Source of the DNA: an uncultured Myxococcales bacterium | GTDB taxonomy: Bacteria > Myxococcota > UBA4151 | Length of the DNA: 13,576 nucleotides | Reading direction: 5' to 3' | NCBI GenBank assembly: GCA_964013405.1 | Contig: CAXGWI010000099.1 | Coordinates: 1 to 13,576, forward strand | In this document: positions 6,925 through 13,576 of the stretch, piece after piece | Numbering within the stretch: position 1 is the first letter of the stretch | How the letters are laid out: each line of letters starts with the position of its first letter | Made by a program: the position numbers and the translations under genes | Notes under the pieces: generated by a model | The model's database searches: none | Told to the model about the DNA's origin: nothing | Seen by the model: only the letters and a program-made list of their open reading frames with translations

Positions 6925-8840
6925 TTTCTCCTCTAGGCCGCGGTCTGATCCTGGGCGCCTTGGTCCTCGCTGTCCTTGGTGCACTCACCGCGTTTGTGGC
7001 GGGGCGCCGGCGGGATGAAGGGCTCCTGAAAGCCGCCCGTGGCGCAGCTTACGCCTTCTCAGTCCTGCTGCTGATCGCCAATGGTTTGATGGTTTATGCG
7101 CTACTGGCCGACGACTTCTCCGTGAGTTATGTGGCGAAGGTCGGCTCCACCAAGGTGCCCACCTGGGTCAGTGTGGTGAGCCTGTGGTCGAGTCTCGAGG
7201 GCTCTATTTTGTTCTGGGGTGCCATGCTGGGGGTCTTTGTGATCGCCGGTGTCTTCACGAACCGCCGTCAGGATTTGCCCTATCAGGCCTATTCCATCGG
7301 CACCTTATTGGCCTGTGGCGTCTTCTTCACCTTTTTGCTGGCCGGTCCGGCGAACCCCTTTGGCCTGGTGGAGAAGCCACTTCTTGAGGGGCCCGGGCCC
7401 AACCCGCTGCTGCAAAACCACCTCCTGATGATCATCCATCCCCCCATGCTCTATGGGGGCTATGTGGGCATGACGCTGCCCTTCTCCTATGCGGTTGCCG
7501 CCCTGCTCGCAGGCCATTTAGGGGTCGCTTATCTTCGCCCCCTTCGCTTCTGGCTGGGCGTTGCTTGGACCTTTCTGACCGTGGGGATCGTGTTGGGCGG
7601 CTGGTGGGCCTATGAGGTCCTTGGCTGGGGCGGGTTCTGGGACTGGGATCCGGTGGAGAACGCCAGCTTCTTTCCCTGGCTGACGGCGACCGCCGCCCTC
7701 CACTCGGCTGTGGTTGTGGAGCGCAAAGGTCTCTTGAAGGTCTGGACCCTTACCTTGGTGTTGATCAGCTTTTTGCTGACGATCCTGGGGACCTTCATGA
7801 CCCGCTCGGGCGTCTTTAACAGCGTCCACTCGTTTACCCAGAGCGACATCGGTCCCACCTTCCTGACCTTCCTTGGGCTGGCCTCTTTGCTGTGCTTGAT
7901 CTTGCTGTCCTTGCGGATGGGCCGAATCGAGGACGAGGGCTCGATTCGCGATTTGAAAAGTCGGGAAAGCGCCTTCGTGCTCAATAATTTACTCTTTGTC
8001 CTCTTCACCTTTGTGGTGGTGGTAGGGACGGTCTTTCCCTTGTTGGTCGAGGCCATCAAAGACCAGCAGATGAGCGTCGGCTCGCCCTACTTCAATCAGT
8101 TCGCAGTCCCCACGGGCATCGCCATCCTATTCTTGATGGGCATCGGTCCAGCCTTGCCCTGGGGCCGAGCCAGCGTTGAGCGGCTTAAAAAGGAGCTCCT
8201 GCCCCCCTTGGTCTTGGCCCTTGTCCTGAGTGTTTCCGCCTTCGTCTTTGGGCTTCGTAGCCCCAGCGCTTTGGTGATGCTTTTTGCTGCCGGCTACACC
8301 CTCCATGTGACCGTGGTGCAGATCGGCCGGCCTCTGTGGCGCAAGGGCTGGCGCCATTGGCTCGGGCCCGCTCGGCGCCAAACTGGCGCCTTCATCGTCC
8401 ACTTCGGTGTGTTGCTGATCATCGTGTCCATCGGCCTGTATCATTCCAGTCGGGTGAGCACCGAGTTACGGGTGAAGGTCGGGGAGTCGGTACAGATCGG
8501 CGACTATGCTTTGAAGTTGGTGGGCGTCGAGACCCGTCGGGAGCCCCACCGCCGAGTGACGGAAGCCCAGATCACCGTCCTGCGGGGCGAGGCCGCCATC
8601 GGTCAGTTGAGACCCGCCATGAAGCATTACGACACCCAGCGGGAGCCCCTCGGCAGCCCGGCGGTGCGCAGTACTCTCAGCCATGACCTCTACCTCAGCT
8701 TCATGAGTTGGAACCCCGGCGCCCAGCAACTGGGACTCCGGGCCTACCTGAACCCGATGGTGGTTTGGCTTTGGATCGGCATGTTGTTGATGGTTCTTGG
8801 GAGCGTGTTGGGCTTGAGCGCCCGAAAGGCCCAAGCATGA
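6921..8840 (+). CDS. ccmF: Cytochrome c heme lyase CcmF
   Basis: 639 aa. DFSVSYVA, WSSLEGSILFW, LNP-like NPLLQ..IHPP, WWD motif WAYEVLGWGGFWDWDPVENASFFPW, LHS, SVHSF, VHFG. GTGA overlap with ccmE. Confidence 0.96.
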   Translation: MISPLGRGLILGALVLAVLGALTAFVAGRRRDEGLLKAARGAAYAFSVLLLIANGLMVYALLADDFSVSYVAKVGSTKVPTWVSVVSLWSSLEGSILFWGAMLGVFVIAGVFTNRRQDLPYQAYSIGTLLACGVFFTFLLAGPANPFGLVEKPLLEGPGPNPLLQNHLLMIIHPPMLYGGYVGMTLPFSYAVAALLAGHLGVAYLRPLRFWLGVAWTFLTVGIVLGGWWAYEVLGWGGFWDWDPVENASFFPWLTATAALHSAVVVERKGLLKVWTLTLVLISFLLTILGTFMTRSGVFNSVHSFTQSDIGPTFLTFLGLASLLCLILLSLRMGRIEDEGSIRDLKSRESAFVLNNLLFVLFTFVVVVGTVFPLLVEAIKDQQMSVGSPYFNQFAVPTGIAILFLMGIGPALPWGRASVERLKKELLPPLVLALVLSVSAFVFGLRSPSALVMLFAAGYTLHVTVVQIGRPLWRKGWRHWLGPARRQTGAFIVHFGVLLIIVSIGLYHSSRVSTELRVKVGESVQIGDYALKLVGVETRREPHRRVTEAQITVLRGEAAIGQLRPAMKHYDTQREPLGSPAVRSTLSHDLYLSFMSWNPGAQQLGLRAYLNPMVVWLWIGMLLMVLGSVLGLSARKAQA

Positions 8841-9364
8841 ACTGGAAGGTGCTTGCCGGCGGTTTGGTGGTGGTTGTTCCCCTCATCGTGGTGCTCGCCA
8901 TGGGCTTTGGCAAAGATCCCCATGCGGTCCGCTCCCCTTTGGTGGGCAAAACGGCGCCGACCTTTGCCCTCAAGGCGGTGGATAACGATCAGGTGGTCGA
9001 CCCCCGTCTGGGTCAGGGCAAGCCGTTGGTGTTGAACTTCTGGGCCACGTGGTGCCAGCCCTGCAAAGCAGAGCACCGTGTTCTGGCGGACGCGGCGGCC
9101 CGTCATCGGCAGAAGGTGCAGTTCCTCGGCTTGGTCTATGAAGATACCAAGGTGCGGATTCAGGCCTTCTTACAGCGCTACGGCAGCGGCTACCCGACGC
9201 TGGTCGATGTGGGGGGCAAAACCGCCATCGCCTACGGGGTGGGGGGCGTCCCCGAGACCTTCTTCATCGATGGCAAGGGGGTCATCCGTGAGAAGTATGC
9301 GGGCCCCTTGAGCGACGGAATGATCGAGACGCGTATTCAGCGTTTGTTGGCGGAGGCCCCTTGA
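8837..9364 (+). CDS. ccmG: Periplasmic thiol:disulfide oxidoreductase CcmG/DsbE (TlpA-like)
   Basis: LNFWATWCQPCKAEH active site and YGV.GVPETFFIDGKG. Start placed at ATG 8837 (MNWKVLAGG, N-terminal anchor; ATGA overlap with the ccmF stop) instead of the track's 8708. Confidence 0.92.
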   Translation: MNWKVLAGGLVVVVPLIVVLAMGFGKDPHAVRSPLVGKTAPTFALKAVDNDQVVDPRLGQGKPLVLNFWATWCQPCKAEHRVLADAAARHRQKVQFLGLVYEDTKVRIQAFLQRYGSGYPTLVDVGGKTAIAYGVGGVPETFFIDGKGVIREKYAGPLSDGMIETRIQRLLAEAP

Positions 9365-9900
9365 TGTTGAGTCTTTGTCTCTTGGTCTTTGGTGCCACCG
9401 AAGCGGCGGGGGTGATCCCCGTCAGTGAGCTGCCCGAGCCATCGAAAATCGTCGGCGCACCGCAAGGGGATGCCATCACAGAAGGACTAGAGCTCGAGGC
9501 CCTTACCGAGGCGGTGAGCTCCCGAATGCGCTGTCCCGTGTGCCAGGGGAGCTCGGTGGCGGCTTCGCCCAGTGAGATGGCCCGCAACATGAAAAGCCAG
9601 GTCAAAGAGTTGCTCGCTGAGGGCTATAGTGAAGAGCAGATCTTCCGCTACTTCGAGGCGAGCTACGGCGAGTTCGTCCGTCTTGAGCCCAAGAAGGAAG
9701 GGATCAAGTGGGGGGTTTGGCTCTTGCCCTTGGTCGCCGGCCTGCTTGGCCTGCTGAGTTTGGTGGCTGTGCTGCGCCGTTATGCGGGGCAGGCGACCAC
9801 CGTGGACGAGGGGATGGTGGCGGAGTTGGAGGAGTACAAAGAAGAACTCGATCGGGTCCGGGCAATGGTTCGGGGAGCGGCGGTGAGCGATGGAAACTGA
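9364..9900 (+). CDS. ccmH: Cytochrome c biogenesis protein CcmH (CycL)
   Basis: MRCPVCQG.SVA.S motif, YGEFV.L.P and a C-terminal transmembrane helix WLLP. GGAGG at 9352-9356 favours ATG 9364; TTG 9361 is also possible. Confidence 0.92.
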   Translation: MLSLCLLVFGATEAAGVIPVSELPEPSKIVGAPQGDAITEGLELEALTEAVSSRMRCPVCQGSSVAASPSEMARNMKSQVKELLAEGYSEEQIFRYFEASYGEFVRLEPKKEGIKWGVWLLPLVAGLLGLLSLVAVLRRYAGQATTVDEGMVAELEEYKEELDRVRAMVRGAAVSDGN

Positions 9901-11290
9901 GACCACCAATTGGTGGCCCGGTTTGGTGGCCTTGGCCGCCGGACTCGGCATTGCAGGCCTCCTGATCTTTCTGCGGCGATCCGCCCCTTCAGCCCCCGGC
10001 TCCGATCTCGCTGGCCGAGATTTGACCAGTCGGCTCGAGGACTTGATCGCCCAGCTTCAGTCCTTGCCAGAAGGCGAGGAAGAGCAAGAGGAGCGCTTGC
10101 ATCTGGAGCTGGAAGCCGCCCGTGTCCTGCGCCAGTTAGAGGTCTGGCAGGCGAGTGTAGCAAAACCATCGGAACCGCAGGAGCAGCCATCCGAGATGAG
10201 TAAAACCGCTTTGGTGTTGACGGGAGCCGGTCTTGCGACGGCCATTCTGCTCCCGGTTTTCTTGGTGATTCCAGCCTTAGGTGATCGGGGCGAAGGGGGC
10301 TCGGTGACGGGCAATGATGGGCTCGTGAATCCCCCGTCGCCGTCATCGGCATCGCCGTCATCGCCGTCGCCGTCGCCGTCGCCATCGCCCATGGGCCAAC
10401 CGGGACCTCAGCATGGGGGTTTTGGCGATCTGAAGGCCCGGGCCGAGGCCCACCCCGACAACGTGGAGATGCAGCTGGAGATGGCCGGTGCCTATCTGCG
10501 AATCGGTCGGTTCATGGAGGTCTTCGAGGCATCAAAGCGGGTGCTTGACCGGCACCCTGATCATCCCAAAGGGCTGACCTTCATGGCGGCGGTGAGCCTG
10601 CGCATGGGGAAGTTTGCCGAAGCTGAGGAGATGATTGGCCGGGTGCTGAAGGCCGAATCCAGCGCGCCTGAAGCCTATTTGCTCTTGGGCATGGCTCAAT
10701 TGAAGCAGAACAAAGGCAAGGAGGCCTTAGCCAGCTTCGAGCGTATGGCCCAACTGGACCCCAAGGCGGCGCCGAGTTTAGCGCCTCTGATTCGTCAGGC
10801 CCAACAAGCCGCCGGCATCGACGCTGGCCCGCCGCCACCATCGATGGCAGCCCACAGGCCCCATGGGAACCACGCGGGGCATGATCACGCGGGCCATGAC
10901 CACGCCCATCACGCCCACGCCCACCATAACCACGGTGGTAAGCCAATGCCGGGGGTGAAGGTGAAGGTCATCCTCCCGGCTGCCTTGAAGGATCAGGTGC
11001 CAAAGGGCAGCGTTGTTTTCGTCTATGCCCGTGCACCGGGCGTCACGGCTGGGCCTCCCTTGGCCGTGAAGCGATTTCCGGTGTCCGTCCTCCCCACGAG
11101 CTTCGAACTGGGGGACGGGGACATGATGATGGGGGGCAAGTTGCCCATGATGGTGGATCTCCATGCCCGCGTCGACGAAGACGGGGTGGCGACGACCAAG
11201 ACCGGGACCGAGCCCTATGCGAAGCTGGCCCGCCAGCGGCGGGGCGGTCCTATCGGGCGTTTGGTCTTGGCGCCCCGGAGAACACCCTAG
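9890..11290 (+). CDS. ccmI: CcmI/CycH-like TPR apocytochrome chaperone with Ser/Pro and His-rich inserts
   Basis: Two transmembrane helices around a Leu-rich helical loop (LELEAARVL), TPR-like helices, and a C-terminal CycH domain VFVYARAPG...PPLAVKR..V..LP..FEL.D.D.M...ARV..DG. Last gene of the ccm operon. Confidence 0.82.
   Translation: METETTNWWPGLVALAAGLGIAGLLIFLRRSAPSAPGSDLAGRDLTSRLEDLIAQLQSLPEGEEEQEERLHLELEAARVLRQLEVWQASVAKPSEPQEQPSEMSKTALVLTGAGLATAILLPVFLVIPALGDRGEGGSVTGNDGLVNPPSPSSASPSSPSPSPSPSPMGQPGPQHGGFGDLKARAEAHPDNVEMQLEMAGAYLRIGRFMEVFEASKRVLDRHPDHPKGLTFMAAVSLRMGKFAEAEEMIGRVLKAESSAPEAYLLLGMAQLKQNKGKEALASFERMAQLDPKAAPSLAPLIRQAQQAAGIDAGPPPPSMAAHRPHGNHAGHDHAGHDHAHHAHAHHNHGGKPMPGVKVKVILPAALKDQVPKGSVVFVYARAPGVTAGPPLAVKRFPVSVLPTSFELGDGDMMMGGKLPMMVDLHARVDEDGVATTKTGTEPYAKLARQRRGGPIGRLVLAPRRTP
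10331..10390 (+). repeat. Low-complexity (TCGCCG)n-type coding repeat giving a Ser/Pro linker
   Basis: Encodes PPSPSSASPSSPSPSPSPSP. Confidence 0.8.
10853..10933 (+). repeat. His-rich low-complexity tract in CcmI
   Basis: HRPHGNHAGHDHAGHDHAHHAHAHHNH, 13 His in 27 aa. Confidence 0.9.
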
Positions 11291-11309
11291 CTCGCTTTGA
11301 CAGGGCCTC

Positions 11310-11338
11310 TTGTCTGATCGCTTCGGGCTTGGGATAAT
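11310..11338 (+). promoter_or_regulatory. Putative sigma70-type promoter for the downstream Cys-rich lipoprotein gene
   Basis: TTGTCT (11310-11315), 17-nt spacer, GATAAT (11333-11338) with an extended -10 TG at 11330-11331, 27 nt before ATG 11366. Confidence 0.55.
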
Positions 11339-11365
11339 GGCCCCTCGTCGCTGATTGGGGTGCCT

Positions 11366-13576
11366 ATGCTGTGTCGTCATCTTTCGCTGATGAGCCTTGG
11401 TTTATTGCTCTTAGCCTGTCCGCCGCCAGACAATCCGAATACCGGCGGCGGTGTCGATCGCTGCGGCGATGGCATCGTCAGTGGGGACGAGGGTTGCGAC
11501 GATGGCAACACGGCCCAGGACGACGATTGTCTCAATAATTGTCAGGTCGCCATCTGCGGCGATGGACTGGTTCGAGTGGGGGCTGAGGGCTGCGACGACG
11601 GCAACAGCGATCCGCGGGATGGCTGTACCGACCTTTGTGAGTTAGCCCGGTGTGGCGACGGCGTGGTTCGACTCGACATCGCCCCTGGGCAGCCGGGCTA
11701 CGAGTCCTGCGACGACGGCAACAGCATCGACAGCGACGCCTGCGTGGCCTGTGCCTCGGCCCGCTGCGGTGATGGGATCGTCCAGGATCTGGTCGAGGAC
11801 TGTGATGACGGCAACACCGAGGATCAAGACGACTGCACCAACGCCTGTCGTCAGGCCGAGTGCGGCGACGGCGTCGTGCGGACGGATCTCGGTCCCGCCG
11901 CGGCCGACTACGAAGCCTGCGATGATGGCAATGATGACGACGAGGATGCCTGTACGATGGACTGCGTGGAAGCCCGTTGCGGCGATGGCATTCATCGCCG
12001 GGATCTCCCGCCAGGCGCCGATGGCGCCGAGGAGTGTGACGACGGCAATGATGTGGACCAAGACGACTGCTCGAACACCTGCATCTTACCCTATTGTGGG
12101 GATGGTTGGATCGCGACGGGCGAGACCTGTGATGATGGCAACGATCAGGCCAACGATAGCTGTACCAACGACTGCCAGCCGGCCCGCTGCGGTGATGGGG
12201 TCCTGCGGGTGGATCGGGTGCAGGGGCAGGTGGACTTCGAAGCCTGCGATGATGGCAACGAGGTGGATGAGGACGCCTGCATCGATTGCGTCGCGGCCCG
12301 TTGCGGCGATGGCGTCGCCCGCACAGATCTCGGGCCCGAGGCCGAAGGCTACGAGGGCTGCGATGATGGCAACGAGGTGGATGAGGACGCCTGCCTTGCC
12401 GGTTGCGTCGCGGCCCGTTGCGGTGACGGCGTGCTGCGGGAGGATCTGGCTGAGGACGCCGCGGGCTACGAGGCCTGCGACGATGGTAATGAAGCCATCG
12501 ATGACGACTGTGCTGGCTGTGAAGGGACCTGTGCTCGCCACGGGGACTGCCCCGGCATCACCGGCTTCTGCGTGGTGGCACCGGGGGATGATCGGGGCGT
12601 CTGTCTGGATACCCGTCGCCATGTCTGCGCCCGGGATCTAGACTGTCAGGGGGCCGATGTGACCGGTAACAACCTGAGTTTGGTCTGCGAGGAAGAACGG
12701 TGTCTTTCCGCTGAGATGGCTCGCTGTAGCGACGCGCTCAGTTGCGCCGAGGACATGTCCTGCCGGGGCGATGGACCCCTTGGGACCTGTCGACGCGCCT
12801 GCGAAGGGAGCGATGACTGCCCAGACCCGCGCATGGCCTGTGGTGTGCGGGAGGAGCCAGGGCTGTGTGGATGGGTATTTTGTGGTGGCGCAGATGAACT
12901 GCCCGCGGCTTATGCGGGCTTCGCCCAAGGTCAGTTGGGGGGTGCCTGCGCCAATGAGCGGGAGGGCGTCGAAGACGGTTATTGTTTAGAGTACGACCTG
13001 GGCGGCGGGAACTACATCGGCGCCTGTTTTGATGGTGGCGAGCTGGCGGAAGGCGAGGTCTGCCGCCAGGATGTCGACCGGGATGAAGACGAAGCGCAGT
13101 GCGGCGGTGGCTTCGCCTGTGCCGGCTTCGACGCCGAAGGCGCGTCCCGGTGCCGGCAAACCTGCCAGGCTGCTTGGATGCATGGGCGAAGGGACTGCCC
13201 CGACGGCTCTCTTTGTGTGGTGGCGAGGATCCGAGACGGTGCCCGCGGTGGATTCTTTTCAGGCATGGTTTGCCTACCCGAGGCTGAACAATGCGATGCG
13301 GTCGCCCGGGATAGTTGCGGTGACGAAGGCCGTTGTGCGGTGCTGTCGGGCCGGAGCCGGACGAGTCATTGCCAGCCCTTTGCTGATCGTGAGGACCTAC
13401 CGGGGGTCGGCGAAGCCTGCGACGAGAATGACGAATGCCCCGATGGTCACTACTGCTTCAACCGATCCTCTTGTCGCCGCCTGTGTGCGAGCAACGAGGA
13501 CTGCGATGAGGGCTGGACTTGCGATGTGCCCGAGGGCTTTGAGTTGTCGGCTTGTGAGCCCCCGGCGGAGGTCGAA
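11366..13576 (+). CDS. Cysteine-rich surface lipoprotein with 10 Myxococcus Cys-rich (DUF4215-like) repeats and a further Cys-rich region; runs off the right edge of the window
   Basis: Absent from the ORF track because it has no stop in the window. Manual translation gives 737 open codons: MLCRHLSLMSLGLLLLA-C (lipobox, Cys18), ten CGDG...E.CDDGN....D.C...C units, then C....DC....C modules. GGGGTG lies upstream of the ATG. Confidence 0.9.
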   Translation, partial: MLCRHLSLMSLGLLLLACPPPDNPNTGGGVDRCGDGIVSGDEGCDDGNTAQDDDCLNNCQVAICGDGLVRVGAEGCDDGNSDPRDGCTDLCELARCGDGVVRLDIAPGQPGYESCDDGNSIDSDACVACASARCGDGIVQDLVEDCDDGNTEDQDDCTNACRQAECGDGVVRTDLGPAAADYEACDDGNDDDEDACTMDCVEARCGDGIHRRDLPPGADGAEECDDGNDVDQDDCSNTCILPYCGDGWIATGETCDDGNDQANDSCTNDCQPARCGDGVLRVDRVQGQVDFEACDDGNEVDEDACIDCVAARCGDGVARTDLGPEAEGYEGCDDGNEVDEDACLAGCVAARCGDGVLREDLAEDAAGYEACDDGNEAIDDDCAGCEGTCARHGDCPGITGFCVVAPGDDRGVCLDTRRHVCARDLDCQGADVTGNNLSLVCEEERCLSAEMARCSDALSCAEDMSCRGDGPLGTCRRACEGSDDCPDPRMACGVREEPGLCGWVFCGGADELPAAYAGFAQGQLGGACANEREGVEDGYCLEYDLGGGNYIGACFDGGELAEGEVCRQDVDRDEDEAQCGGGFACAGFDAEGASRCRQTCQAAWMHGRRDCPDGSLCVVARIRDGARGGFFSGMVCLPEAEQCDAVARDSCGDEGRCAVLSGRSRTSHCQPFADREDLPGVGEACDENDECPDGHYCFNRSSCRRLCASNEDCDEGWTCDVPEGFELSACEPPAEVE
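11462..12520 (+). repeat. Ten tandem Myxococcus cysteine-rich coding repeats
   Basis: Ten CGDG...CDDGN units. Exact DNA duplicates at 12244-12280/12358-12394 (37 nt) and 12286-12306/12403-12423 (21 nt). Confidence 0.9.

Noticed and set aside
11297..11314. Perfect TTGACA at 11297-11302 and a short GACAGG/CTTGTC hairpin as promoter or terminator
   Set aside because: TTGACA is 30 nt from GATAAT, which is too far. The hairpin is weak and lacks a U-tract.
4219..11380. Many antisense and alternate-frame ORFs over the ccm operon
   Set aside because: They overlap well-supported ccm genes, have no recognisable motifs, and are expected in GC-rich DNA.
11462..12520. Periodic repeats as a CRISPR array
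   Set aside because: The repeats are degenerate at third codon positions, in frame and protein-coding, and there are no cas genes.
11451..13287. Track ORFs such as 11652-12641 (+), 11642-12061 (-) and 12086-12622 (-)
   Set aside because: Off-frame or antisense shadows of the Cys-rich gene starting at 11366.
11366..13576. Cys-rich protein as a multiheme cytochrome client of Ccm
   Set aside because: The CxxC pairs (CVAC, CIDC, CAGC) are not followed by His and belong to the disulfide repeat pattern.

Overview
GC-rich bacterial window that looks myxobacterial/deltaproteobacterial (inferred from CGDG...CDDGN Myxococcus-type cysteine-rich repeats). The centre is a complete, tightly coupled System I cytochrome c maturation operon on the + strand (ccmA-B-C-D-E-F-G-H-I/cycH, 4059-11290). 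To its left, transcribed divergently, is a two-gene lipoprotein unit. The first gene encodes an EGF-like domain, a Gly linker and four DUF1566/Lcl-like domains (1543-3924). The second gene is missing from the ORF track (1538 to <1) and encodes a lipoprotein with three Cys-rich repeats, a CxxC-less thioredoxin-like segment and a PNGase F-like (peptide-N-glycosidase) domain. To the right is a second gene missing from the track (11366 to >13576): a lipoprotein with ten Cys-rich repeats and a further Cys-rich region, with its own sigma70-like promoter. The best candidate for something undescribed is the left pair, a putative surface glycan-binding plus deglycosylation module. Other oddities are a signal-peptide-extended CcmD, a His-rich insert in CcmI, and an in-frame 39/41-nt inverted repeat shared by the two flanking genes. 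All domain calls come from manual translation and motif recognition, not database searches.
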